Source: Macrostomum lignano
Lineage: Eukaryota
NCBI GenBank assembly: GCA_002269645.1
Contig: NIVC01003604.1
Location: 24,472-88,471, forward strand
DNA length: 64,000 nt
Reading direction: 5' to 3'
A program made the position numbers and the translations under genes. The notes beneath the pieces were generated by a model. That model saw nothing but the letters and a program-made list of their open reading frames with translations, made no database searches and was not told the DNA's origin. This document shows, piece after piece, positions 13,876 through 25,563 of this stretch; positions within the stretch are counted from its first letter, which is position 1; each line of letters starts with the position of its first letter.

Positions 13876-14159
13876 GTTTTTGCTGATCAACTGACAGTTT
13901 GTAGGTAACTAGACGATATAAAAAATGATTTACTTTTCAAAATTTCCTTTCAAATTTGTTTGTCTAAAAATCTAACAGCTAATTGTAATAAGCTTAACGA
14001 AAAATGAATACGACAAGATTATAAAAAATTGTTTTCCACAAATTTATTTGAAAATTTAATCAAATGACAGCAAATGGTCATGCACACCTTTATTAAACTG
14101 GAGGCCAAGGCCTGTACATTAGTCCGATGAACTTAATTGATAAAAATGCAAATAACTAA

Positions 14160-14590
14160 TTAATATTCTTAGCTAATTAGCATATTCGTAAATCCCTAGC
14201 TACTTAGCATATTCCCGAATCCCTAGCTAATTAGCATATTCCTAAATCTCTAGTTAATTAGCGTATTCCAATATCCTTAGCTAATTAACATATTCTTATA
14301 TCCCTTAGCATTAGCATATTCCAATATCCTTAGCTAATTAGCATATTCGTAAATCCCCAGCTAATTGGCATATTCCTAAATCCCTAGCTAATTAGCATAT
14401 TCCTAAATCTCTAGCTAATTGGCATATTCCTAAATCCCTAGCTAATTAGCATATTCCTAAATCCCTAGCTAATTAGCATATTCCTAAATCCCTAGCTAAT
14501 TAGCATATTCCTAAATCCCTAGCTAATTAGCATATTTCTAAATCCCAAACTAATTAGCATATTCCCAAATCCCTAACTAATTAGCATTGG
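14160..14590. repeat. 27-bp TAGCTAATTAGCATATTCCTAAATCCC tandem repeat
   Basis: Tandem periodicity just 3' of the TEX10 stop; the unit contains the palindrome GCTAATTAGC. Confidence 0.9.
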
Positions 14591-14638
14591 ACAGTTAGCA
14601 GCCAGTCTGACAAACAAAAGTACAAGCCAAACTCAGTC

Positions 14639-17600
14639 TTAAACGGAAGCAGCGTTGCCAACAGAGGCTAGAGCGGCACTCAAACTCCTTCTCAACAGCC
14701 GATCGGGACAGTAGCGCACCAGCCTGTCGCAAGCAGCAATCGCAGCCTCTTCAGCTCCAGGAAATTGACTAGCCAGCAAAAGCAGAAGACAGCGAACAGC
14801 GGAACAGGCCGACTGTTGCTCAGGACTGGCGCTGTTAAGCAACTTTGATGATGAAGAAGAAGAAGCTGACACAGGCGGCAACAAGTGAAGCTGGGCAGCA
14901 TCGAATCGATCAATCAGATATCGCGGTAGAAAATCCAAACTCTGCCGACAGACGCTACTAATACTACTGTTATAAGTAGCTAAATTCACTAGAAAATCGG
15001 CAACAACATCCGGCTGCTCGAATCGATTTTTACGCATCGAATCGGCAAAGAAGGCTAGAAACAGTCTAGCCAGAGGACTGCTATCCAGGTGTTGGCAAAC
15101 CAATCGACTACTGGCATTTAGCCAATAAGTAGTATCTGTAGCCAGTATTTTAGCTGTAGAAGATCTTGTATTGGAGTATCTAGCAGCTAAGTAGTTATAG
15201 ACGGCCAAAGCGAATGCGTCTGTGTTAGCCTGACCGAGACAGGCCTGCAGCTGGGGACCCGCCAGCAGGGCGCACTCCACTATCGCATTGTTCAGCTCCG
15301 TAGATTTCCTTGCCAAGTCTTTCAGTGCGTCTCTGCCGCCGTGGCTCTTGCGACGCTTCTTGTTAGCCTGACCGGAGCCGGCTGACGACGAGTCCGCAGT
15401 GGCAGACACGGTCAGGGGGAACAGGGGACACAGGACTGACGACAGTAGGTCTGACACAGCCAGCTGACAGGGTGTGAACCGTCTGTTGTTGGAGCGCTTT
15501 CTACCGGAGTCTGGAGCAGAGATGAGGTGGGGGTTTGGGTTGGGTTAATGAGACCTGATGGTTGATTGTAAAGGAAGTACTGCGATCAATTAACCTGCGG
15601 ATATTGTCGTTCAACTAATGGATCATCACAACGAACTATTAATCTATTAAATAATCAATTCTCTGACTGGGATTTTCCTGACTGAGATTCCCCTGACTGG
15701 GATTTCACTGAATAGGATTTCCTTGAATGGGATTTCCCTTGACTGAGATTTCCCTGAATGGGATTTCCCTGACTGGTATTTCGCTGACTAGGATTTTCCT
15801 GACTGGTATTTCCATAACTGGGATTTCCCTAATTGGGATTTCCCAAACAGGGATTTCTCTGACTAGGATTTCCTTGAATGGGATTTTCCTGACTAGGATT
15901 TTCCTAAATGGGATTTCCCTGACTAGGATTTCCCGGACTAGGATTTCCCAAACGGGGATTTCCCAAACTGGGATTTCTCTGACTGGGATTTCCCAAACGG
16001 GGATTTCCCTGACTAGGATTTCCCTAAATGGGATTTCGCTGACTGGGATTTCCCTAACTAGAATTTCCTTAACTGGCATTTCACTGACTAGCTAGGATTT
16101 CACACAGCAGAATTTCGAACTCATAATACAATGTCAATCTAATTAGGCATTCAAAGTGTCAAAAAATGTTACCATTATTAGGTTTTCCAGCGGTGAAACA
16201 GTCACACTGCCACCAACGCTCCTCAGAGCCTACTAGATTGTCACCGCCCCTGTCTCGCCTCCCGGCAGCGGTGCGAGCAAAATGCAAGGCCAACAAGCTT
16301 CTCAGACACTTCAACAAAGCCAGCAACTCTTCATAAGCGTTCACGCCGCCAACTCGACCAGAGAACTCAGCGGGAAACAGCTCTTTAATTAGGCTAGCAA
16401 AATTCACTTCAAAACTACTGCTATCGCTGCTAATTGAAGATTCTGCGCCGCCAGTCTCTGCATCGTCGACAAGTAGGTCTTTGTCTTTGTTACTGCTGCT
16501 GTTATAAAGATCGGAGATGGCCAAGCCAACCAGAGCTGTAGGATCCGAGTCCGTAGCCGCCAGGTCGCAGTTCCAGCTGAGCTGATAGCGGGACCAAGCG
16601 GCGCTGTATAAATCGAAATCGTCCGGTAGGTAGTCGAGAATCCTACTCTGCTGGTGCTGAGCAGATGATGAAGCATCTGAGCTGCTCAACTGGGAAGCTG
16701 GAAGTGGTGGGTTAAAGAATAAAAAAAACGGAAAAGTTATCTTCCACGATGTCACGATGTCACGTGAATGACAGGGCCGCTGTACACAGTACACAGTACG
16801 GAGTCAGCGCTAATGGGCAGATGTGCAACCGACAGCTCAGCTGCAGCTATTGCGGACCCTCAATTATCCCAGCTAATCCTGGCATCCATTTTACAGCTGG
16901 GTGAACTGAAGCAATGCAGAGTTAAGTGTCTTGCTCATAAGGACACAAATTGTTCCGAGTGGGATTGGGAATCGAACCCCCGACCTTTCAGTCGTGAGTC
17001 CGACGCTCTGACGGCTAGGCTACAACCGACCACACTCCCTCCAACGATCGTCAGCGCTGCATGGCATCAAAGCCATTCTTTAATGGCTTCTGAGGGCGAT
17101 TTTAATGGCTTTTGAGGGCGATTTTTTCTGGCTTTTGATGGCAATTTTTAATGGCCATGATCTTTGAGGGCGATTCTGTATTGGCTTTTGAGGGCGATTT
17201 TTTCGGGCTTTTGAGGGCGATTGTTTCTGGCTTTTGAGGGCGATTTTTTCTGGCTTTTGAGGGCGATTTTTTCTGGCTTTTGAGGGCGATTTTTTCTGGC
17301 TTTTGAGGGCGATTTTTTCTGGCTTTTGAGGGCGATTTTTTATGGCTTTTGAGGGCGATTTTTCTATGGTTTTTGAAGGCGAATTTTTATGGCTTTTGAG
17401 GGCGATTTTTCTATGGTTTTTGAAGGCGAATTTTTATGGCTTTTGATGACGATTTTTTTATGGCTTTGAGGGCGATTTTTATGGCTTTGAGGGCAATTTT
17501 TTATGGCTTTTGAGGGCACTTACCGGAAGAGTAGTTCTCAGCCAGCAGGTCGGCAAAGCTGGCCACACAGGCAGCCAGCGACATCAGCTGGCCTCGACTT

Positions 17601-19081
17601 CGCTGAGCCACCGAAGCTGAAGCAACACCCGCACCAGCAGCAGCCGCTGATGCCCCTGTTGGCACTGTCGCAGTTAAACGCCTCTTCAAACTTCGATTGA
17701 GCAACGCTCGAAAATCGTCAGCACGTTCCAACAGTACAATGGGAGCGTGAGTTAGCAAGGACTCGAGTAGTTGTACCGATTCGTTTTGAATTGATTCGTC
17801 CACGTGACACCAACAGGTGCGCAGAGACTGGAACAGAGCAGGCCGGCACACTGGCTGACTGGCAACGCCGCAGGTGAGCAGGGCGGTGAAGACACGTCGG
17901 CAGGCTGATCGCAGTTCTGCGCTGGCTGGATCGCGAAGGCATGGGGACAGGTACTCGGTCAGATCCTGCACTGTGAATGGCACTGGCCGGTTGCGTTGCT
18001 GCTGCTCTTGCTGAGCGGCAGCCAGGTCTGCCAGCCACCTGAGCATTGCAGTGGGGTGGGCTTTCAGGTACTTGAGGGCGATTCAGGTACTTGAGGGCGA
18101 TTCTTTGATGAGTTTTGAGGGCGATTCTTTGATGAGTTTTGAGGGCGATTCTTTGATGAGTTTTGAGGGCGATTCTTTGATGAGTTTTGAGGGCGATTCT
18201 TTGATGAGTTTTGAGGGCGATTCTTTGATGAGTTTTGAGGGCGATTCTTTGATGAGTTTTGAGGGCGATTCTTTGATGAGTTTTGAGGGCGATTCTTTGA
18301 TGAGTTTTGAGGGCGATTCTTTGATGAGTTTTGAGGGCGATTCTTTGATGAGTTTTGAGGGCGATTCTTTGATGAGTTTTGAGGGCGATTCTTTGATGAG
18401 TTTTGAGGGCGATTCTTTAATGAGTTTTGAGGGCGATTCTTTGATGAGTTTCGAGGGCGATTTTTTGACGGGTTTTGAGGGGCGATTCTTTGATGAGTTT
18501 TGAGGGCGATTCTTTGATGAGTTTCGAGGGCGATTCTTTGATGGCTTTTGAGGGCGATTTTTTGATGGCTTTTGAGGGCGATTCTTTGATGAGTTTTGAG
18601 GGCGATTCTTTGATGAGTTTTGAGGGCGGTTCTTTGATGTCTTTTGAGGGCGATTCTTTGATGGCTTTTGAGGGCGATTCTTTGATGAGTTTCGAGGGTG
18701 ATTCTTGGATGCGCTTTAAGGGGGATTTTTTAGACTTACAGTAAATATCTAAACATCCCTAATCAACTCATTACAATCAAGTCCAAAACTTATCCCAAAC
18801 ACGAACCTGGCCAACTTGTTAGCCGCGGCCACTCGCTCGTCCATCTGGCTGGCTCTCAGTTTTCGCAACAGAGCCTGGCCCGTGGACCACTGCAGCGGCT
18901 GGCTGGCCGGAGATGCCAAATCAGCCGAGCTAGCGGCGGACTCCTGACCGCGAACAACAATTTTACCTGTAGCCAAACTGATTTTTGTTTCGTTCAGGCA
19001 TTTCGGCAACTTTCGACCAACTTTCAGGCGCACTTTAGTGAAGTCGGCATTTTTCTCTTTCTTTTTGTGATGCTTCACCAT
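14639..19081 (-). CDS. TEX10: TEX10/Ipi1-like pre-60S (rixosome) component, 4 exons: join(19081..18807, 18038..17524, 16697..16173, 15510..14639), 728 aa
   Basis: N-terminus MVKHHKKKEKNADFTKVRLKVGRKLPK matches the TEX10/Ipi1 start (KKRK..DFQKVKLKVGK). Exon 2 has HVDESIQNESVQLLESLLTHAP, resembling the Ipi1_N region ([22 protein letters not shown]). Phases are consistent: 275+515+525+872=2187 nt. The C-terminal half is helical-repeat-like but not independently recognisable. Confidence 0.85.
15660..16095. repeat. 15-bp GGGATTTCCCTGACT tandem repeat
   Basis: Tandem periodicity in TEX10 intron 3. Confidence 0.9.
16790..17030 (-). mobile_element. tRNA-derived SINE, family B (TEX10 intron 2)
   Basis: On the minus strand: TAGCCTAGCCG (A box), GGTTCGATTCCC (B box), then GTGTCCTTATGAGCAAGACACTTAAC and TCAGTTCACCCAGCTGTAAAATGG, motifs I recognise from conserved central domains of metazoan SINE superfamilies. 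Confidence 0.7.
17085..17520. repeat. ~23-bp TTTTGAGGGCGATTTTTTCTGGC tandem repeat
   Basis: TEX10 intron 2; GAGGGCGATT family. Confidence 0.9.
18065..18725. repeat. 24-bp TTTGAGGGCGATTCTTTGATGAGT tandem repeat
   Basis: TEX10 intron 1; GAGGGCGATT family. Confidence 0.95.
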
Positions 19082-19219
19082 GGCTTGGCAGCTGAAATAT
19101 TTGTTTAAGATATCGTTATGCATAATGTCTGAAATAAGCTGCTGAGATGCCAATGCTTAAAAGCGTATGTAGCAATATGTTACGACTGGGGCACTCCACA
19201 CCTGCTTGTCGACACTAAC

Positions 19220-21100
19220 ACAACAACAACCCCAACCAAAGCCAACCCGAACCACAACCAACCCGAACCACAACCAACCCGAACCACAACCAAAGCCAAC
19301 CCGAACCACAACCAACCTGAACCACAACCAACCCGAACCACAACCAACCGAACCACAACCAAAGCCAACCCGAACCACAACCAACCCGAACCACAACCAA
19401 AGCCAACCCGAACCACAACCAACCTGAACCACAACCAACCTGAACCACAACCGACCCGAACTACAACCAACCCGAACTACAACCAACCCGAACCACAACC
19501 AACCTGAACCACAACCAACCTGAACCACAACCAACCTGAACCACAACCGACCCGAACTACAACTAACCCGAACTACAACCAACCTGAACCACAACCAACC
19601 TGAACCACAACCAACCTGAACCACAACCACCCCGAACTACAACCAACCCGAACTACAACCAACCCGAACCACAACCAACCTGAACCACAACCAACCTGAA
19701 CCACAACCAACCTGAACCACAACCAACCTGAACCACAACCACCCCGAACTACAACCAACCCGAACCACAACCAACCTGAACCACAACCAACCTGAACCAC
19801 AACCACCCCGAACCACAACCAACCTGAACCACAACCAACCTGAACCACAACCAACCTGAACCACAACCACCCCGAACTACAACCAACCCGAACCACAACC
19901 AACCTGAACCACAACCAACCTGAACCACAACCACCCCGAACTACAACCAACCCGAACCACAACCAACCCGAACCACAACCAACCCGAACCACAACCACCC
20001 CGAACTACAACCAACCCGAACCAGAAAAAACCTGAACCACAACCAACCTGAACCACAACCAACCTGAACCACAACCAACCTGAACCACAACCAACCTGAA
20101 CCACAACCAACCTGAACCACAACCAACCTGAACCACAACCAACCCGAACTACAACCAACCCGAACCACAACCAACCTGAACCACAACCAACCTGAACCAC
20201 AACCAACCCGAACTACAACCAACCCGAACCACAACCAACCTGAACCACAACCAACCTGAACCACAACCAACCTGAACCACAACCAACCCGAACTACAACC
20301 AACCCGAACCACAACCAACCTGAACCACAACCAACCTGAACCACAACCAACCTGAACCACAACCAACCTGAACCACAACCAACCCGAACTACAACCAACC
20401 CGAACCACAACCAACCTGAACCACAACCAACCTGAACCACAACCAACCCGAACTACAACCAACCCGAACCACAACCAACCTGAACCACAACCAACCTGAA
20501 CCACAACCAACCTGAACCACAACCAACCCGAACTACAACCAACCCGAACCACAACCAACCTGAACCACAACCAACCTGAACCACAACCAACCCGAACCAC
20601 AACCAACCCGAACCACAACCACCCCGAACTACAACCAACCCGAACCAGAAAAAACCTGAACCACAACCAACCTGAACCACAACCAACCTGAACCACAACC
20701 AACCTGAACCACAACCAACCTGAACCACAACCAACCTGAACCACAACCAACCTGAACCACAACCAACCCGAACTACAACCAACCCGAACCACAACCAACC
20801 TGAACCACAACCAACCTGAACCACAACCAACCCGAACTACAACCAACCCGAACCACAACCAACCTGAACCACAACCAACCTGAACCACAACCAACCTGAA
20901 CCACAACCAACCTGAACCACAACCAACCTGAACCACAACCAACCTGAACCACAACCAACCCGAACTACAACCAACCCGAACCACAACCAACCTGAACCAC
21001 AACCAACCCGAACTACAACCAACCTGAACCACAACCACCCCGAACTACAACCAACCCAAACCACAACCAAAGGCAACCCCAACCAAAGCCAACCAACCAC
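19220..21100. repeat. 16-bp AACCACAACCAACC(C/T)G tandem repeat
   Basis: More than 100 units upstream of the TEX10 ATG, with larger re-duplicated blocks (CCAGAAAAAACC variant at ~20022 and ~20645). Confidence 0.97.
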
Positions 21101-21730
21101 TAATAAACTAACCTAAACCCTTAACCGCAACCCTAATTGCTGACAGTGAAATAGTGGGAAGTCGAATTTTAGGCTAGAAAAAATGCAATTTCAGATTTTT
21201 GCTATTATTGAGCTTTCTCAACTTCTTTGGACATTCTGAAACATCTAAAACTCTAGTAGAAAAAAAACTTTTTGTCTACCCAACAGGGAGTTAAAATTAT
21301 TAGACAATGACTAAAACATATACTTTTAGTAAGAAAATAAAAAGCTTGAAAAGTTTTGCATAGTATATTTTTCAATTATTAAAACAATTTTAGAATAAAA
21401 ATATATAAAATACGAATTTACATCACAGCTTCGGCTTTTTGTCAAGGTATGACAAAATCAAGGTCTTGAAGTCATTGGCTCTGCTCGTGTAATTAAGTCT
21501 TAGAACGGCGTTCATTCAGATTCTTCATTAATTTTTTAGTATAGATGGAAATATGATTTATAACTGCCAAGTTCGCAGTGCAATAACAACAAGGATACTG
21601 AATGATTAGCCATGCAGTGAAAACTGTTTTGCTGTTTCCATAGTATTACATAATAGCAGGGAATGTGACATGATTAAGGCAATAATTAGGTTGGAGCAAA
21701 AAGTTAGATTAGATAATCAGATATCAAGTT

Positions 21731-23606
21731 TTACGGGCGGTCCAGATTAGGTCGAACATGCACTGGGCTTGGGTTCAAGTTCAAACTGTTTAACAATTCC
21801 ATCAATTCAACTGGAGCTGTAGGCGAGAATATCAGCACCTGAAATGATGGAGGTTCGGAGCTTTAGTCAGCGGCATGGCGTTTCTTTAAAGTGCTAGATG
21901 AACTTTTCAGGAAGTTAAAAGACGATTCTTTGATGGCTTTTGATGAGTTTTGAGGGAGATTCTTTCTTGGCTTTTGACGGCGATTCTTTCTTGGCTTTTG
22001 AGGGCGATTCTTTCTTGGCTTTTGACGGCGATTCTTTCTTGGCTTTTGAGGGCGATTCTTTCTTGGCTTTTGACGGCGATTCTTTCTTGGCTTTTGAGGG
22101 CGATTCTTTCTTGGCTTTTGAGGGCGATTCTTTCTTGGCTTTTGAGGGCGATTCTTTCTTGGCTTTTGAGGGCGATTCTTTCTTGGCTTTTGACGGCGAT
22201 TCTTTCTTGGCTTTTGAGGGCGATTCTTTTTTGGCTTTTGACGGCGATTCTTTCTTGGCTTTTGAGGGCGATTCTTTCTTGGCTTTTGAGGGCGATTCTT
22301 TCTTGGCTTTTGAGGGCGATTCTTTCTTGGCTTTTGAGGGCGATTCTTTCTTGGCTTTTGACGGCGATTCTTTCTTGGCTTTTGACGGCGATTCTTTCTT
22401 GGTTTTTGAGGGCGATTCTTTCTTGGCTTTTGAGGGCGATTCTTTCTTGGCTTTTGAGGGCGATTCTTTCTTGGCTTTTGAGGGCGATTCTTTCTTGGCT
22501 TTTGAGGGCGATTCTTTCTTGGCTTTTGAGGGCGATTCTTTCTTGGCTTTTGAGGGCGATTCTTTCTTGGCTTTTGAGGGCGATTCTTTCTTGGTTTTTG
22601 TGGGCGATTCTTTCTTGGCTTTTGAGGGCGATTCTTTCTTGGCTTTTGAGGGCGATTCTTTCTTGGCTTTTGAGGGCGATTCTTTCTTGGCTTTTGAGGG
22701 CGATTCTTTCTTGGCTTTTGAGGGCGATTCTTTCTTGGCTTTTGAGGGCGATTCTTTCTTGGCTTTTGACGGCGATTCTTTCTTGGCTTTTGAGGGCGAT
22801 TCTTTCTTGGCTTTTGAGGGCGATTCTTTAATGAGTTTGGTGGGCGACTCTACTAAAAATGGAATATATTGTTTTAAGGTTTAAACAAAGCACAGCCTAC
22901 CTGCAAACCTTCAGGCATCTGACTAATTATGTTAATCAGATTGTTTTTGAAACCTCGTCTAATCAAATCGTCGGTCTCAGTGAGGATTATCAATCGTATC
23001 TGAGCAGTGCTCAACCATCCTCGATTTATTAAGTCTTCAACTCGGCCTGGGGTGCCAATCGCAATATCCACGCCTGCATCTAGCTCAGTCTTCTGATCCC
23101 GCGGCTGGGGAAATGGGATCGAACGATTCATAAATAATTATGGGATAATTGATAGACAACGCCAATAGAACTATTCGATACGCCAAATCACAAACCTTAA
23201 TACCTCCAACGCAAGCGCAACACAATACGCCCATTGATTTTCCCAGGTCATTAAACATGAATCTCGCAGATAGAGCCAACTCTCTTGACGGAGTCAGCAC
23301 CAAAGCTTGAGCTGTACGACTCTGAACAGGATTGTCAGGATTTGTAGAGCTCAAACTTGGGAGTTTCACTGATTGCAGAACTGAAATTGCGGCCATAGAC
23401 ATCTTGCCAGTGCCAGACGGTGACTGAACAAACACATTTTCCCCATTCAAGTACAAAGGGAAAGCTTGATTTTGAATTGTAGACAGTTCGATAAAACCAT
23501 GGTTACGGATGGAGCGTTTCAGTGTATCGTTTAGTGGCAGGTCATCGAATGTGTCTGCGTTGGGACTCTGGCCAGACTTGCTAGCGGAGACCATATTTTG
23601 TTTCAT
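21731..23606 (-). CDS. eIF4A-like DEAD-box protein, N-terminal RecA domain only, degenerate motifs; join(23606..23196, 23104..22901, 21838..21731), ~240 aa
   Basis: Aligns by eye with eIF4A residues ~30-240: TFDDLPL, Q motif GFIELSTIQ, SPSGTGKM, ALVLTPSRELA, CACVGG, IGTPGRV, LIILTETDDLIRRGF, QVLIFSPTAP, then stop. Two phase-0 GT-AG introns. The start codon is uncertain (23606 or 23594, or an upstream exon). Confidence 0.8.
21920..22835. repeat. 24-bp TTTGAGGGCGATTCTTTCTTGGCT tandem repeat
   Basis: Intron 2 of the eIF4A-like gene; GAGGGCGATT family. Confidence 0.97.
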
Positions 23607-23684
23607 AATAACTGCAATATTTACACAGAACTGAGAGTCACTAAGACACAATTTAAAAACGGCTTAGAGTTTAGGAGATTTTTG

Positions 23685-24015
23685 AAGTTTGGGGGATTTT
23701 AAAAGCTTGGGTATTTCTGAAACTTAGGGGTTTGAGAAGCTTGGGGGATTTGGGAAGCGGGGGGATTTGAGAAGCTTGGGGATTTGGGAAGCGGGGGGAT
23801 TTGAGAAGCTTGGGGGATTTGGGAAGCTTAGGGGATTTGGGAAACTTGGGAGACTTGAGAAGCTTGGGGGATTTGGGAAGCTTGGGGGATTTGAGAAGCT
23901 TGGGGGATTTGGGAAGTGGGGGATTTGAGAAGCTTGGGGGATTTGGGAAGTGGGGGATTTGAGAAGCTTGGGGGATTTGGGAAGATTGGGGGATTTGGGA
24001 AACTTGGGAGATTTT
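23685..24015. repeat. ~17-18-bp GGGAAGCTTGGGGGATTT tandem repeat
   Basis: Same family at 24590-24935 and 37290-37440. Confidence 0.9.
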
Positions 24016-24368
24016 AATGTGAAATGTTTCACGCTAATCCATTCTTATATTTAGAGCTACCAAATGCATTCCAAACGCACAAAGTTAAAAAAGCGCTTTG
24101 AGACATTGTATTACTTATCAGCAATGAGTCAATTTTTCGTTTAATTTTTTAGCCAAAAATAGTAGGTCCAATTTATAGTAAAAACAGCACAAAAACAGTG
24201 CAGGTCTAGCGATGCTGCAGTTGGGGGATCAGAAAAAAGTGAGAAATTTTAGCAATTTGCATGAGACCATATCAATTGTAATTTATAGTGTTATTTCAGT
24301 TATTTAAGTGTCGCAAGCTTTACTACCAAATATATATCCGAATGAGCTTAAAAAATCACACAGTAAGC

Positions 24369-24590
24369 TTATAAAGGCCAATAGATTTTGAATTGTGACA
24401 CACCGCCACGTCCGCCAGCAGCTTTAATGATCGCCAAGCCTAACGGCTCATCGAGTTTTCTTACGTCACTGCCAGTCTGACCCTCGACTGCGACAGTCTG
24501 CAACACAGTGCCGTCACTCCGCATCAAACAAACCACTTGCCCTGAACACTCGCTGACAAACAGCAGACCCGACCGATTTGAGAAACCGGA
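24369..24590 (-). pseudogene. 3' fragment of the Cys-finger/coiled-coil/NHL gene family (copy 0)
   Basis: Translates as [51 protein letters not shown], the last propeller blade of the family, with a frameshifted end. Upstream it is replaced by a GGGATTTGGGAAGC tandem array. Confidence 0.85.
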
Positions 24591-24935
24591 GGAATTTGGG
24601 ATTCGGGAAGCTTGGGTATTCAAGAAGCTTGTGGGTTTTGGGAAGCTTGGGGATTTGGAAAGCTTGGGGATTTGGAAAGCTTGGGGGATTTGGAAAGCTT
24701 GGGGGATTTGAGAAGGTTGGGGATTTGGGAAGCTTGGGGGATTTGGGAAGCTTGGGGGATTTGGAAAGCTTGGGGGATTTGAGAAGGTTGGGGATTTGGG
24801 AAGCTTGGGGCATTTGGGAAGGTTTGGGATTTGGGAAGCTTGGGGGGATTTGGGAAGGTTTGGGCGATTTGGGAAGCTTGGGGGGATTTGGGAAGGTTGG
24901 GGATTTGGGAACCTTGGGGGATTTGGGAAGCTAGA
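24590..24935. repeat. ~17-18-bp GGGAAGCTTGGGGGATTT tandem repeat
   Basis: Direct tandem periodicity abutting the copy-0 fragment. Confidence 0.9.
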
Positions 24936-25563
24936 TACCCACTTTAGCAGACGCTCACTGTTCGCATGTGCCATGCGGCACACACAGCAAACATTTTGAC
25001 CAAAATTTGTCAACTGTCAGTTGACATCTGAGACTATAAAATCTCATTATTGGTACTTTCCTTCAGTTTAAAAGGACAGTTAAGACAAAGTCTCGAAGTC
25101 TCAATTCACAAGCAGTGGTTCAGTTGGTAAGTGGACATAGGACTGCTCTATCAAGCTTAAGTTTGGTCGCCAGGAGGGAGGCAACTGCTTCATTTACAAT
25201 TGGAAAAATTCCCGCTAATCTTAGTGACCTTTGCGCCTACCTTATTGGATTTTGAACACATAATCTGAAAATCCTTGAGATATTACTAAATAACTTTATT
25301 AACAAAGTAGTCAATTGTTCAAATATTTCTTGTAAAAAAATTGAAATAAAAAAATAATGGTTTCAGTTTAGAGAAATCAGATTTTAGCGCAGAAACGAAC
25401 AAAAAGTACAAAAATAGCAAAAGAATGAAACACTACATAAAAATAAAAAACATAAAACTTGGCAGTTGATAAAAATTGTTAATTACATTGCTGGTATTCA
25501 TGTATTAGTTAAATTTCCAAATTTTGAGTAAATTCTCTTGATGAGTATCAGACATGCTAAATA

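Noticed and set aside
16950-17030. tRNA gene candidates at 16950-17030, 25713-25790 and 11750-11818
   Set aside because: A/B boxes are present but I could not fold a complete cloverleaf, and each continues into a shared SINE body.
21100-21140. Telomere-like CTAAACCC/AACCCTAA motifs
   Set aside because: Only 2-3 imperfect units at the degenerate end of the AC-rich array.
18051-22884. FEGDSLMS, FEGDSFLA and GCGSGWLW repeat proteins; possible CRISPR arrays
   Set aside because: Head-to-tail 16- or 24-bp units with no unique spacers; no cas genes; eukaryotic introns.
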